Positions 48,300 to 60,939 of a DNA stretch of 64,000 nucleotides are shown in pieces. The position numbers were made by a program, and so were the translations under genes. The notes below the pieces were generated by a model. That model made no database searches. It had not been told where the DNA came from and saw only the letters and a list, made by a program, of their open reading frames with translations. The stretch is from an uncultured bacterium (GTDB lineage: Bacteria > Krumholzibacteriota > Krumholzibacteriia > LZORAL124-64-63). Where the stretch lies: assembly GCA_963732385.1 (NCBI GenBank), contig CAVSZB010000007.1, positions 832,001 to 896,000 on the forward strand, read 5' to 3'. Numbering within the stretch: the first letter of the stretch is position 1; every line of letters starts with the position of its first letter.

Positions 48300-48542
48300 T
48301 CAGCCCCCGGCCAGGAGCCGGCTGGCGAACTGTATCAAAAGGAATGCCAAAAGAGGAGACAGATCAAAACCCGGGATCGGCACCAGGGGGCGCAGCAGCC
48401 GCAGCACCGGCTCGGTCACCCGGATCACCATGATCAGCGAGGGATGCCGCGGCTGCGGGTTGATCCAGCTCAGGATCACGCGGGCCAGGATCAGCCAGGA
48501 ATACACTTTCAGCAGCGCCAGCAGCAGACGGATCAGGAACAT
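48300..48542 (-). CDS. yggT: YggT family membrane protein
   Basis: ARVILSWINP, TEPVL, FDLSPL. Confidence 0.93.
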   Translation of the reverse strand: MFLIRLLLALLKVYSWLILARVILSWINPQPRHPSLIMVIRVTEPVLRLLRPLVPIPGFDLSPLLAFLLIQFASRLLAGG

Positions 48543-48644
48543 CGTGCCGCCTCCCGGCATGGCCTTCCTCCGCGCAGAGGTGGCCGGAAAATTGCCGGCG
48601 CCATCCGCCCCCGGCCGGCAGCGCCTGCCGGAACCGTGCGCCGC

Positions 48645-49373
48645 TCAGGCCCGGGGCCCGAAAATGGCGGTGCCGACCCGCACCAGCGTGGCCCCCTCCT
48701 CCACCGCGATCCCGTAGTCATCCGACATCCCCATGCTCAAGGCGGGCAGCGGCAGCCGCGTGGCCGCGCGGGCCGCTTCGGCCAGGCCTCGCAGGGTGCC
48801 GAAGGTCGCCCGCAACTCCGCCTCGCCGGCGCCGAAACGCGCCATCGTCATCAGTCCCCGCAATTCGAGGTGGGGGCACGATTCGACCAGTCGCGCCGCG
48901 CCTTCGCCGGCTGCCTCCGGCATCACGCCCGCCTTCTGCGGTTCGCGCGTCACGTTCACCTCCAGCAACACCGCCTGGCGCAGTCCCGCCGCCGCGGCCG
49001 CCTGATCGAGGCGTCCGGCGAGCACCAGGTCGTCCACCGCGTGCAGCAGGGCGAAGGGGCCGATCGCCCGGCGCGCCTTGTTGCTCTGGAGATGCCCGAT
49101 GAAGTGCCAGCGCGGCGTCGCCTCCGGCGGCAGTCCGGCCGCGGCCAACAGCGCCGGCAGCGCTTCGGCGCGGGGCAGGGCGTCCTGCACACGATTCTCG
49201 CCGAAATCGCGGTGGCCCGCGCGGCAGGCAGCCACGACCGCCGTCAACGGCGCGGTCTTCGAGACCGCCACGAGCGTGACCGGATCACGCCGACCGGCGC
49301 GGTCACGCGCCCGTTCGATTTGCTCGCGAACGACCGCCAGCCTCGCCTCGATATCACGGGCGGAAGGCTCCAT
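48645..49373 (-). CDS. yggS: PLP homeostasis protein YggS
   Basis: LVAVSK, FGENRVQD, WHFIGHLQSNK, LSMGMSDD, VRVGTAIFG. Confidence 0.97.
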   Translation of the reverse strand: MEPSARDIEARLAVVREQIERARDRAGRRDPVTLVAVSKTAPLTAVVAACRAGHRDFGENRVQDALPRAEALPALLAAAGLPPEATPRWHFIGHLQSNKARRAIGPFALLHAVDDLVLAGRLDQAAAAAGLRQAVLLEVNVTREPQKAGVMPEAAGEGAARLVESCPHLELRGLMTMARFGAGEAELRATFGTLRGLAEAARAATRLPLPALSMGMSDDYGIAVEEGATLVRVGTAIFGPRA

Positions 49374-49404
49374 GACGGCTCCCCGGGGCCGACGGCCCGG
49401 ACCG

Positions 49405-50112
49405 CTACCGCCAGCGCAGCAGCAGCGTGGAAGGGTCGAGTTCCAGATGCAGGTCCGCCACCTCGCGGTGCTCGTGGTCCTTGAGAATGCGCACGCGCAC
49501 ATGGTCGGCCTGGGAGTCCAGCAGCACCACGACCGACACGTAGGCATCGTGCCGCGCCACCTCGAACGGGATGCCACGTTCGTCGCACTGCTGTCCCTCT
49601 CGATGCACCAGCGACGAGGTCCAGATCTCGGCATCCCACTCGCGGGCCAGCCGCTGCACTCCCTGCATCTCCCACTCTTCGGTCTGCTCGAAACGCGGCG
49701 TGCCGTCCATGATCACGAACGAAGGCTCGAAGTGCGCGGCCTGACGCAGGAAGCCCACCGACTGCTCGAGCTTTTCGAGCGAGAACGACTTGCGATTGTA
49801 GGCCAGGATATGGCGGTTGCGCTCCAGTTCGAGCAGCTTCTGCACCCGGTCATCGAGCTGTAGATCCTCGGCGAGCGCGTGGAACAGCTGATCGTAGAAG
49901 CGACGCACCGCCTCGACCGATTCCTGCGTGGAGATGTGGAGCACCTTGCGCCCCTGCAGCAGCGCATCGAGCGCCAGGCCGATCAGGAACGCGGTCTTGC
50001 CGACGCCCGCGCGCGACAGCGCCACGCCGATCCGGCCGCGGCCGAGTCCGCCGGCAATGGCCCGCTCGAAAACACGCACCGGGTTCCGCTCCCAGACGTC
50101 CTTCTGCGGCAT
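49405..50112 (-). CDS. Single-domain KaiC/RecA-like P-loop ATPase of unknown function
   Basis: GGLGRG, SRAGVGKT (Walker A), VLHIS.QES, FVIMDG (Walker B). Confidence 0.75.
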   Translation of the reverse strand: MPQKDVWERNPVRVFERAIAGGLGRGRIGVALSRAGVGKTAFLIGLALDALLQGRKVLHISTQESVEAVRRFYDQLFHALAEDLQLDDRVQKLLELERNRHILAYNRKSFSLEKLEQSVGFLRQAAHFEPSFVIMDGTPRFEQTEEWEMQGVQRLAREWDAEIWTSSLVHREGQQCDERGIPFEVARHDAYVSVVVLLDSQADHVRVRILKDHEHREVADLHLELDPSTLLLRWR

Positions 50113-50125
50113 CCTGGTCCCCTCC

Positions 50126-52213
<2,088 letters not shown>

Positions 52214-52332
52214 GGCAGGCTCCGCGCCACGCGGCCTCCCGCGCGGCGTCTCGGTGACAGGGCATCCGGGGGTCGGCCGCCGACGCGCCGGTCGCGAACG
52301 CGACCCGCCCCCCCGGCCGGCAAGCCGGGGCC

Positions 52333-52361
52333 ATAGTAGGGCCCGGCAGGCCGCACCGCAA
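52333..52361 (-). promoter_or_regulatory. Sigma70-like promoter upstream of fusA
   Basis: TTGCGG-17nt-TACTAT. Confidence 0.5.
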
Positions 52362-52398
52362 CCCCGGGCAGCGGCGCGGACCCGCCGCCGTCGCCTTA

Positions 52399-53598
52399 TC
52401 AGTCGATCACGCCGAGCCGGCGGCCGACCGCCGCGAACGCCTCGAGGCACCGGTCCACCTGCTCCGAGGTGTGAGCCGCGGACGCCTGCAAACGGATCCG
52501 GGCCTGTCCCCGCGGCACGACCGGATAGCTGAATCCGATCGCGTAGACCCCCTCCGCCAGCAGTTCGCGTGAGAAGCGCTGGGCCACGACGGCGTCGTCG
52601 GCCTGCCGACGGAAGTGCACCGGCACGATCGGGTGGTCGCCCGGATCGACGTCGAAACCGAGGGCGCGCAGCCCGCCGCGCAGGTGCGTCTGGTTGGCCG
52701 CGAGCCGGGCCCGCGGCGTGGGATCCTCCACCAGGATCCGCAGCACCTCGAGCGCCGCCGCGCAGATCATGGGGGGCAGCGAATTGGAGAAGAGATAGGG
52801 GCGGCTTTTCTGACGCAGCCAGGCGATGACCTCCCGGCGACCGCTCGTGCAACCGCCGAGCGCGCCACCAAGCGCCTTGCCCAGGGTGGTGGTGACGAGA
52901 TCGATCCGCGGCGCGACGCCGAAGCGTTCGCCGGTGCCGCGACCCCCGGGGCCGACGAATCCGGTGGCGTGGCTGTCGTCCACCAGCAGCAGCGCACCGT
53001 GCCGGTCCGCCAGTTCGCAGATCTCCGGCAGGCGGGCGTAGTCTCCGTCCATCGAGAAGACGCCGTCCGTGACGATCAGCCGCCGGCGCGCCCCGGCGCA
53101 GGCGCACAGGGCCTGATCGAGTGCGTCGAGATCGCTGTGCTCGTAGATGTGGCGCGACGCCTTTGCCAGGCGCACCCCGTCGATGATGGAGGCGTGGTTG
53201 AGCCGGTCGGCCACGATCGCGCAGTCCTCGCCCAGCAGCGGCTCGAACACGCCGCCGTTGGCGTCGAAACAGGCGGCATAGAGGAGCGTGTCTTCGGTGC
53301 CGAGAAAGCGGGAGAGCGCCGCCTCCAGCTCCCGGTGCAGACGCGTGGTGCCACAGATGAAGCGCACCGAGCTGAGGCCGAACCCCCACGCGGACAACGC
53401 GCTGCGCGCCGCCTCCACCACGCGCGGATCGGACGCCAGGCCGAGATAGTTGTTCGCGCAGAAGTTGAGCAGGGTCTGCCCGTCGGCGCACACGACCGCA
53501 CCCTGCGGCCCTTCGAGGCTCCGCTCCTCCTTGAAAAGACCCTGCGCGACCAGCGCATCGAGTTCGCGCTGCAGTTCCCGTCCCAGTTCCCCGTACAC
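52399..53598 (-). CDS. kbl: Glycine C-acetyltransferase (2-amino-3-ketobutyrate CoA ligase)
   Basis: [54 protein letters not shown]. Confidence 0.96.
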   Translation of the reverse strand: MYGELGRELQRELDALVAQGLFKEERSLEGPQGAVVCADGQTLLNFCANNYLGLASDPRVVEAARSALSAWGFGLSSVRFICGTTRLHRELEAALSRFLGTEDTLLYAACFDANGGVFEPLLGEDCAIVADRLNHASIIDGVRLAKASRHIYEHSDLDALDQALCACAGARRRLIVTDGVFSMDGDYARLPEICELADRHGALLLVDDSHATGFVGPGGRGTGERFGVAPRIDLVTTTLGKALGGALGGCTSGRREVIAWLRQKSRPYLFSNSLPPMICAAALEVLRILVEDPTPRARLAANQTHLRGGLRALGFDVDPGDHPIVPVHFRRQADDAVVAQRFSRELLAEGVYAIGFSYPVVPRGQARIRLQASAAHTSEQVDRCLEAFAAVGRRLGVID

Positions 53599-53606
53599 CG
53601 TTCTCC

Positions 53607-54632
53607 CTACCGGCCCCCGTAACGGCGGGCCATCTCCTCCAGGGAGACCACCGGGATCCTGCCGGCCTGGCCCGCCTGGCCGAACGCGATCATGCGCTCG
53701 CGGACCACCTCGACCATCGCGTCGCGAGCCGGCTTCATGTAGTCGCGCGGGTCGAAGGCGCCCGGGTTCTCCTGCAGCACGCGACGGATCGCGCCGGTCA
53801 TGGCGAGCCGGTTGTCGGTGTCGACGTTGACCTTGCGGACGCCGTGCCGAATGCCGCGCTGGATCTCCTCCAGCGGTACGCCGTAGGTCTCGGGCATCTG
53901 CCCGCCGTAGCGGTTGATGATCTCGATCAGCGCCGCGGGCACCGACGAGCTGCCGTGCATGACCAGGTGCGTGTCCGGCAGCCGGCGGTGGATCTCCTCG
54001 ATGACACTCATGCGTAGCACATCGCCGGTCGGCTTGTGCTTGAACTTGTAGGCGCCGTGACTGGTACCGATGGCGACGGCCAGCGCATCGCAGCCGGTGT
54101 CGCTCACGAACTGCGCGGCCTGCTCCGGGTTGGTAAGATGGGCGAGCGCCTCCTCGCCCGTGAGCCCGGCGCCGTGGCCGTCTTCGATCCCGCCGAGACA
54201 GCCGATTTCTGCCTCCACCGTCACGCCCTGCGCGTGCGCGGCGGCCACCACCTCGCGCGTCACCCGCACGTTGTACTCGTAGGTCGAGGGGGACTTGCCG
54301 TCGGCGGTGAGGCTGCCGTCCATCATCACCGAGGTGAATCCCTGCGCGATCGCGGACAGGCAGGTTTCCGGGCTGTTGCCGTGATCCTGGTGCATGGCGA
54401 TGGGCAGACGCGGATTCAGCTCGGCCGCGGCGAGCATGAGGTGCCTCAGGTAGGCGTCGTTGGTGTAGGCGCGCGCGCCGCGCGACGCCTGCACGATGAC
54501 CGGCGATTCGGTCTCGGCGGCCGCCTGCATGATCGCCTGGATCTGCTCCATGTTGTTGACGTTGAACGCGCCGACGCCGTAACCGTGCTCGGCGGCGTGA
54601 TCCAGCATGACACGCATCGGAATCAGTGGCAT
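53607..54632 (-). CDS. fba: Fructose-bisphosphate aldolase class II
   Basis: [40 protein letters not shown]. Confidence 0.97.
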   Translation of the reverse strand: MPLIPMRVMLDHAAEHGYGVGAFNVNNMEQIQAIMQAAAETESPVIVQASRGARAYTNDAYLRHLMLAAAELNPRLPIAMHQDHGNSPETCLSAIAQGFTSVMMDGSLTADGKSPSTYEYNVRVTREVVAAAHAQGVTVEAEIGCLGGIEDGHGAGLTGEEALAHLTNPEQAAQFVSDTGCDALAVAIGTSHGAYKFKHKPTGDVLRMSVIEEIHRRLPDTHLVMHGSSSVPAALIEIINRYGGQMPETYGVPLEEIQRGIRHGVRKVNVDTDNRLAMTGAIRRVLQENPGAFDPRDYMKPARDAMVEVVRERMIAFGQAGQAGRIPVVSLEEMARRYGGR

Positions 54633-54840
54633 GGGTCTTCCTTTCGCTCGCCCCCGCCCGGGGGCGACTCCTGCCGACCCGCCGCGCATCCGCGCGGCTG
54701 GTTCCAAGCTAAGCGATCGGGCGCGGGAGTTCAACGCCGGTCGGCCGCGCGCCGGCATCCGCCCGGCAACGCGGGAGAGCGGGCTGCGCGCGCGACCGCC
54801 CCGGGGTGTGGCCCCCGGCGGGCTGCGCGCGCGGCGGGGG

Positions 54841-55302
54841 TCAGTCGTCGAGTTGCAGCCGCAGCAGCACCGGGTGCCCCTCGACCACGAAGCCGACGGC
54901 GTCAGGCGCGTCGCGCAGGGCGGTCCAGCCGGCCCCATCGAGCCGGCTGAGCTGCGGCGCATCGAGGTCGAAAACCGCCGACTCGCCGGCCACCACCGTC
55001 AGCACGTGACCGCAGGTCACGTTGAGCAGTTCCTGGAAAGCGTCGCCGGACCGGTCGAGCGCCTGCGCATCCTGAGGCTCGAGCCCGAGCACGTTGGCCG
55101 CCAGTTCCTGGCAGAGGCTGTCCGCGGCCGCCAGGGTGAGCGAGCCGCGGCGCGCGCCGCCGAAGGTCATGGCGGCCAGGACCGCGCCGCCGGCGGGCGC
55201 AGGCAGATCGGCCGGGCCGGTCGGGTCGCCGAACATGAAGGCCATGCGCGCGAGGACATCGCAGAAGACCCCTCCGACCAGTTCCATGGTCTCAACCTTC
55301 AT
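54841..55302 (-). CDS. CheX-like phosphatase
   Basis: ELAANVLG and [12 protein letters not shown] (ExxN motif). Confidence 0.75.
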   Translation of the reverse strand: MKVETMELVGGVFCDVLARMAFMFGDPTGPADLPAPAGGAVLAAMTFGGARRGSLTLAAADSLCQELAANVLGLEPQDAQALDRSGDAFQELLNVTCGHVLTVVAGESAVFDLDAPQLSRLDGAGWTALRDAPDAVGFVVEGHPVLLRLQLDD

Positions 55303-55681
55303 TGGGCACCCCCACCGTGTCTTCGACGACCTGACGCAGAAGTTCGGGAGTGAACGGCTTGCGGATGTAGGCCCGCACCCCGGACGCCCGGAGCTGTTCG
55401 ATCCGGCTGACGCTCCCCTCCGTCGAGCAGATGATGACGGGGATCGTCTGCAGCAGTCCGTCCTCGCGCATCTTCTCGATCATCTCCACGCCGTTCATCA
55501 CCGGCATGTTGATGTCCGCGAAGACCAGGTCGATCCACTCTCTGCCCAGGATCGCCAGGGCCTCCCGCCCGTTGGCTGCCTGGTGGAGATTCCCCACCGG
55601 CACCCCCGCCAGCTCGAGCGAGCGGGCGATCACCGCCCGCACCGTGGTCGAGTCGTCGACCAGCAGGATATTCAGCGCCAT
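55292..55681 (-). CDS. CheY-like response regulator
   Basis: LLVDDS, ADINMPVMNG, STEG, KPF. Confidence 0.92.
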   Translation of the reverse strand: MALNILLVDDSTTVRAVIARSLELAGVPVGNLHQAANGREALAILGREWIDLVFADINMPVMNGVEMIEKMREDGLLQTIPVIICSTEGSVSRIEQLRASGVRAYIRKPFTPELLRQVVEDTVGVPNEG

Positions 55682-55738
55682 GTCCGCCTCCCCGGCGCGC
55701 GGGCCCCGTCTCACGGACGGTGCGGCGCGCCCGTTCTC

Positions 55739-56107
55739 CTACGCTCCGACCTTGGCCAGGGTCTCCTGCACCTTGACGGCCACGGTCTCCGGCTTGAACG
55801 GCTTGACGATATAGTTGTTGGCTCCCGCCTTGAGAGCCTCGATGACGCGCAGCTTCTCGGCCTCCGTCGTCACCATGATGATGGGCATCTTCTGTCCCGC
55901 CGCACGGATCGCTTTGACGGCGTCGATCCCCAGCATGTTCGGCATGTTCCAGTCCATCAGGATCAGGCCGTAGTCGCCCTCGCCCGCAGCGGCCACCGCC
56001 AGCTGGCCGTCGGCGGCCTCCCCCACTTCCGTGATACCGGCCTGCTTGAGCGCGCCGATCAGGATCTTGCGCATCACCGCGGAATCATCCACCACCAGGG
56101 CCTTCAT
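55739..56107 (-). CDS. cheY: Chemotaxis response regulator CheY
   Basis: LVVDDS, DWNMPNM, MVTTEAE, NYIVKPF. Confidence 0.9.
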   Translation of the reverse strand: MKALVVDDSAVMRKILIGALKQAGITEVGEAADGQLAVAAAGEGDYGLILMDWNMPNMLGIDAVKAIRAAGQKMPIIMVTTEAEKLRVIEALKAGANNYIVKPFKPETVAVKVQETLAKVGA

Positions 56108-56622
56108 GAGTTCCTTCCTTCCCCGGCGCCGGCGCCGATGGGCTCCGTCTGTGCTGTTGTCTGCTCGAGGGTCACCCGCAGCGTGAACGCGCCCAGCTCG
56201 CTGGCGAAAGGGACGTCCAGCCAGGTGGACTGGGTCAGTCCCTGTACGGAGTAGTCCTGTCCCCGCACCACGGTCGGCAGGCTCAGGTCGGTCACCGCGC
56301 CGTTACCAGAATTGAGCTTCGCCTTCGCCCCGCCGGCCACGATGTTGACCAGTTCGGCCAGCCCGTCGCCGAGCGAATCGGCGAGCTCCGCCTCCGGCAG
56401 CCCGGTCATGCGGCCCACCATCGCCAGCGCCGTCGAGTCCGGGAACGACAGCGCCACCGTGCCGCGCACGGGCCCGCTGAGGCCGATCAGGGCGGTGAGA
56501 TCGCCCGACGACTCGCCCGGCTTCACCAGCCCCACGCGGCCGCGTTCGGCCGCGCAGCCGAGCATGGTCGTGAACAGTTCGTTCACGCTCTCGATGAAGG
56601 GATTGATGTACGCGACGTTCAT
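56104..56622 (-). CDS. cheX: Chemotaxis phosphatase CheX
   Basis: YINPFIES, IGLSG, ELVNIVAG, SLPTVV. Confidence 0.92.
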   Translation of the reverse strand: MNVAYINPFIESVNELFTTMLGCAAERGRVGLVKPGESSGDLTALIGLSGPVRGTVALSFPDSTALAMVGRMTGLPEAELADSLGDGLAELVNIVAGGAKAKLNSGNGAVTDLSLPTVVRGQDYSVQGLTQSTWLDVPFASELGAFTLRVTLEQTTAQTEPIGAGAGEGRNS

Positions 56623-58157
56623 GACGGTTTACGCTCCGTTGGCTGCGGCTGGCCCGCCCGCTGACCGCTCGCGCGAACCGCCTCCTCCCCCCCCGACGGG
56701 ATCCCGGCCCCGCCCTCCTTGCCTGCGGACTCCTCATCCTCGCCGTCGGCGTCACGTTCGCCGGGCAACGCCATCACTTTGCCCCGCACGAAGCGGGCAC
56801 GGAACGGCCCTTCCCGCAAATCATCGAGGATCAGGCGTCCCTCCGGCAGCACGAACACGGTGTCCGCGTGGGCACGCTGCAGCACGAGCACGCGCGGTAC
56901 AGCGCGATCGCGCGAGCCGGCCGCGAACTGCGCGGCGATGCGCTTCAGTTCGTCGATCGCGGACTCCATCTCCGCGGCGCGGGCGAGCAGTTCCGTGGCC
57001 GCCTCGCGCTGCTTGGGCGTGAGAGACTTCTCCCGCTCGAGCAGCGGATGCACCATCGACTGGATACGGGTGCGGGTCTGCTCGTGCCTGCGGGCCTCCT
57101 CTTCGCGCGCCGCGACCTCGGTGTTCCAGCGATGGTCCATACCGGCGCTGATGACCGTACGCGAAAGGCCCTCGCCCCCCGCCACGCCGACGGTCACGCC
57201 GCCGAGGGCCATCACGTCGCCCGACACGATGCGTCCGCGCGGGACCTCCACAGACCCGCGGCAGCGCACCACACTGTGGGTGATCTCGCTCTCGACCAGT
57301 ATCGTCTCGCCCACTTCGACCTCGGCATCGAGCAGGTACTTGGCCTGCATCTTGCCGCCCACGATGCTTGGCGCGTCACCCCGTCCCATCACGCCGCCGT
57401 GGACGATCAGATTGCCGCCGACGTTCAGCACTGACCGTTCCACGGTGCCGCGGATCTCGCAGTCTCCGCCGGCATCGATGCGCGATCCAGGTTCCATGTC
57501 GCCCTTCACCACGACCGCGCCCCGGTGGACGATGTGCCCCGTCTGGAGGCCGACATTGCCGTTGACCAGATAAACATTGTCGACGGTGACCGCGCCCGAC
57601 GCGAGGCGCACGCGGCCGTCGAGGGTGGCGATCAGCGCGGCCCGTCCCGCCTCGCGCGGCTCGGTCCGCACGTTGGCGCCGGCGCGCAGGCGCAGCGCGG
57701 CCGGCACGGCGGCCGGCAGCTTCGTGCCGAAGACATCCAGCCCGTCGGCCCCCTTCTGCGGCTCGATCAGCGTGGCGATGACTTCGTCGGCGCCGATCGA
57801 CGGATTGCCGCGACGCTGCCAGAAATCGACGCCGCCCGCGGCATCTTCCACGAAACCGTCGGCGAAAAAGTCACGCGTCCAGATCACTTCGCCGTCAATG
57901 GACGGCTCCGGCTGGCGACCGTGCGCCACCTCAAGGTCGCACACCTCGCCACCGGGACCGGCAGCGGCCCTCACCATCCCCAGGAGCGCCTCGCCGTCGG
58001 GCAGGTTCGCCAGGCCCCGCTCGCGCAGCGCCGCGACCAGTTCGGATACGGCCGTTGCCGAGGCCTCATCCGGCAGCCGCCCCGACACGAGCACGCGCAT
58101 CGCATCGGCCGTGACCTGGAAGGTCAGCGCGCGCTCGGTGGCCAGCTCGTCGACCAT
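56619..58157 (-). CDS. FapA/DUF342 family protein
   Basis: GLDVFG, GNVGLQTGHI, beta-helix-like G-rich repeats, C-terminal coiled coil. Confidence 0.85.
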   Translation of the reverse strand: MVDELATERALTFQVTADAMRVLVSGRLPDEASATAVSELVAALRERGLANLPDGEALLGMVRAAAGPGGEVCDLEVAHGRQPEPSIDGEVIWTRDFFADGFVEDAAGGVDFWQRRGNPSIGADEVIATLIEPQKGADGLDVFGTKLPAAVPAALRLRAGANVRTEPREAGRAALIATLDGRVRLASGAVTVDNVYLVNGNVGLQTGHIVHRGAVVVKGDMEPGSRIDAGGDCEIRGTVERSVLNVGGNLIVHGGVMGRGDAPSIVGGKMQAKYLLDAEVEVGETILVESEITHSVVRCRGSVEVPRGRIVSGDVMALGGVTVGVAGGEGLSRTVISAGMDHRWNTEVAAREEEARRHEQTRTRIQSMVHPLLEREKSLTPKQREAATELLARAAEMESAIDELKRIAAQFAAGSRDRAVPRVLVLQRAHADTVFVLPEGRLILDDLREGPFRARFVRGKVMALPGERDADGEDEESAGKEGGAGIPSGGEEAVRASGQRAGQPQPTERKPS

Positions 58158-58189
58158 GATTCCCGCCTTGCGCCCGGACGGGCGCCGTG

Positions 58190-60838
58190 TCAGACCCCGG
58201 ACGCGGCTGCGGCCACGCCGCCGCTCTGCGCCAGTTTGACCAGGCCACTGGGATCGAGAATGAGTCCCACGCGTCCGTCGGGCATGATCGCACCGCCGGC
58301 GATTCCCGGCTGCGCCTGCATCGCCTTGCCCATGCTCTTGATCACGATCTGCTGCTGACCGAGCAGTTCATCGACCAGCAGGGCCGTCTGGCGGCCGTCC
58401 GCCTCGATTACCAGCGCCAGCGCGCGGGTCGGCTCGCGCTCCGCGTCCGGCACGCCGTAGAGGCGGTCGAGACGGTGCAGCGGCAGCAACTTCCCGCCCG
58501 CCGAGAGCATTTCGCCGCGGCCCAGGACCGAGGCCACGTCACCCGGCGCCGGCTGCACGGTGCGGACGATCGAGAGGGTCGGCACGATGTAGCGCTCACG
58601 GCCCACCCGCACGATCATGCCGTCGATGATGGCCAGCGTCAGCGGCAGACGGATGCTGAACGTGCTGCCGCGGCCCGCCTCGGAGCGGATCTCGACCGCC
58701 CCGCGCAGCGCCTCGATCGAACGCCGCACGACGTCCATGCCGACACCGCGCCCCGACACCTCGGTGATCTTCTTGGCCGTGGAGAAGCCGGGCTGGAAGA
58801 TGAGGTTGTAGATCTCGCGATCGGAGAGGGTCTCCCCCTCGCGCACCAGACCGCGCTCGATCGCCTTGGCCAGGATGGCGGCGCGGTCGAGGCCGCGGCC
58901 GTCGTCAGAAAGCTCGACGTAGATGTTGCCGCCGCGATGGTAGGCGCGCAGCTCGACCCGCCCCTTGTCCGGCTTGCCGGCCTGCCTGCGCGCCTCGACC
59001 GACGCCTCGAGCCCGTGGTCGACCGCGTTGCGCACCATGTGGACGAGCGGATCCCCGATCCGGTCGACAACCGTCTTGTCCAGCTCCGTATCCTCGCCCG
59101 TGACGACGAATTCGACCGGCTTGCCCGCTTTCACGGAGAGGTCGCGCGACAGGCGGGCCATCTTCTGGAACGTCGCCTTGATGGGCACCATGCGCAACGA
59201 GGTGGCCATCTCCTGCAGTTCGCGCGTGATCTTGTCGAGCAACCCGAGCTGGCGCGCCAATTCGCCGTCCACCGTTGCCCGTTCCTGCAGCGACTGGCTG
59301 ACCATCAGCTCCGCGATGACCAGCTCGCCGATCGCGTCCACCAGCCGGTCGAGCCGGTCGGTGTCGACCTTGACCGCTTCCTTCACCGTGACGGTCTGAG
59401 CTGCCGGAGGCGCCGCGCGTGTCGCCGCTGCACGGCCCTCCGCCGCCTCCGCAGCCGGCGCGACGGGGATCCGAACGTCCGTGTCAGACACGATCGCGGT
59501 GGCGACCGGCGGCGCGGCGCCGGCGTCCGAAACGGCGGCCGGCGACGCTTCCCCGGCCGACACGGCGCGCAGGCTCGCCAGCAGGCCCGGCAGTTCCGGT
59601 TCGGAGATCAGCCCGCAGCCGCTCTCGAGCGCGGCGCGCAACGCCTCCACGAGCCGTTTCATGAGGTCCACCGAGGAGAAGGTCACCTCGATCGCCGATC
59701 CCGTGAGGGTCAGCTTCCCCTTGCGCGCCCGGTCGAGCAGATTCTCCGCTTCGTGGGCGAGCTTACCGATGTCGTCGAGCCCCAGGAACCCGGCCACTCC
59801 CTTGATGGTGTGGAAGGCGCGGAAGATTCCGTTGAGCGCATCGTCCTGGCGGGGGTCGGCTTCCAGCGCCAACAGGTGGCCTTCCGCCGCATCGAGATGT
59901 TCGCACGCCTCGCTGACGAACTCGCCGAGCAGCGACGGGTCGCCGCTCAGGGGGACCGATGTCGTCGTCCCCACCGTCGCGTCCGTCACCGGCGGCTGCG
60001 CGGCGGGAGCCCCTGAGGGCTTCGCCTTCGCCTGGGGAGCGACGGGCGCGGCCGCCGTCAACGCCGTCAGCGCGCCGTCGCCTTCGCCCTGGAACATGGC
60101 AAGCAGCTCGCCGGACGGGGCCGGTTGTTCGCAGGCGCCGCGACAGAAGGCGAACATCAGTTCGAGCCAGTCGCGCGCCTCCAGAAGCGGCTGGACGAGC
60201 GTGATCGCGGGACGCGCCTGCAGGGCGTCCTCGATCGCGTGACAGAGATGTTCGACCTCGTGCAGACCGAGCAGCGCGGATTCGCCCTTCACCGTGTGCA
60301 CCTGGCGCCGCAGCAACGCCAGCTTATCGCCTTCAGCGTCGTTCCCCGCCTCGATGGCCAGAATCGCCGCCTCGATCTCCTCGAGCACGCCCCCCTGACG
60401 TCCCAGAAATTCGGCGTAGATCGCCGGCTCGACATGGGACGGCAGTGCGCCCGGGTGACGCATGCCTTCGGGCAGGGCGGGCCGGGCGGCCGCCACGCCG
60501 GCGGCGAGCCCGAGTTCGGAAGGCAACTCGACGGTGGCCGGATCACGCCCTTCGCACAACACGGCCTGCAAAGCCGATACTGTTCGTCCGACCACTTCGA
60601 GCGATGCGACCGGATCCGGAACTTCGCTCAGGATTACCTGTCCGAGCAGCGTGGCCGCGGCAGCGGCGGCGGCGACGGTCATCGCCCCCGAGGGGGGCAG
60701 TTCCTCGGCAAGTGCATCGAGCCAGCCGTGTACCTGCGCCAGGTCCTGCAGGTCGGCCGGCCCTGCGAGAACCAGGGTGCTCGCCGCCTTTTCCAGCAAC
60801 TCCTGCAGACGGGCCTCGCCAACGATCACGTCGGTCAT
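58190..60838 (-). CDS. cheA: Chemotaxis histidine kinase CheA with two Hpt domains
   Basis: HTVKG and HTIKG; LDRLVDAIGELVI; DPLVHMVRNAVDHG; DDGRG; SGRGVGMDVV; LPLTLAI; CheW-like C-terminus. Confidence 0.96.
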   Translation of the reverse strand: MTDVIVGEARLQELLEKAASTLVLAGPADLQDLAQVHGWLDALAEELPPSGAMTVAAAAAAATLLGQVILSEVPDPVASLEVVGRTVSALQAVLCEGRDPATVELPSELGLAAGVAAARPALPEGMRHPGALPSHVEPAIYAEFLGRQGGVLEEIEAAILAIEAGNDAEGDKLALLRRQVHTVKGESALLGLHEVEHLCHAIEDALQARPAITLVQPLLEARDWLELMFAFCRGACEQPAPSGELLAMFQGEGDGALTALTAAAPVAPQAKAKPSGAPAAQPPVTDATVGTTTSVPLSGDPSLLGEFVSEACEHLDAAEGHLLALEADPRQDDALNGIFRAFHTIKGVAGFLGLDDIGKLAHEAENLLDRARKGKLTLTGSAIEVTFSSVDLMKRLVEALRAALESGCGLISEPELPGLLASLRAVSAGEASPAAVSDAGAAPPVATAIVSDTDVRIPVAPAAEAAEGRAAATRAAPPAAQTVTVKEAVKVDTDRLDRLVDAIGELVIAELMVSQSLQERATVDGELARQLGLLDKITRELQEMATSLRMVPIKATFQKMARLSRDLSVKAGKPVEFVVTGEDTELDKTVVDRIGDPLVHMVRNAVDHGLEASVEARRQAGKPDKGRVELRAYHRGGNIYVELSDDGRGLDRAAILAKAIERGLVREGETLSDREIYNLIFQPGFSTAKKITEVSGRGVGMDVVRRSIEALRGAVEIRSEAGRGSTFSIRLPLTLAIIDGMIVRVGRERYIVPTLSIVRTVQPAPGDVASVLGRGEMLSAGGKLLPLHRLDRLYGVPDAEREPTRALALVIEADGRQTALLVDELLGQQQIVIKSMGKAMQAQPGIAGGAIMPDGRVGLILDPSGLVKLAQSGGVAAAASGV

Positions 60839-60912
60839 CGTTCCCCCTCGAACAGTCCGGGTCGGCAGCGCGGGATCGGCCTGGCGCACGGGTCGTGGTG
60901 CGACTTGTCATA

Positions 60913-60939
60913 GCATCGGACAGCGTGGACTTGGCTTTA
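60913..60939 (-). promoter_or_regulatory. Sigma28 (FliA)-type promoter upstream of cheA
   Basis: TAAA-15nt-TCCGATGC versus consensus TAAA-N15-GCCGATAA; ~75 nt upstream of the cheA ATG. Confidence 0.65.

Noticed and set aside
52214..53491. Apparent 425-aa N-terminal extension of EF-G in the ORF track
   Set aside because: It overlaps kbl in another frame and is low-complexity Arg/Ala; a proper start (52213) and a promoter-like site lie downstream of it
54781..54833. 14-nt direct repeat GGGCTGCGCGCGCG upstream of fba
   Set aside because: Low-complexity GC sequence, only two copies
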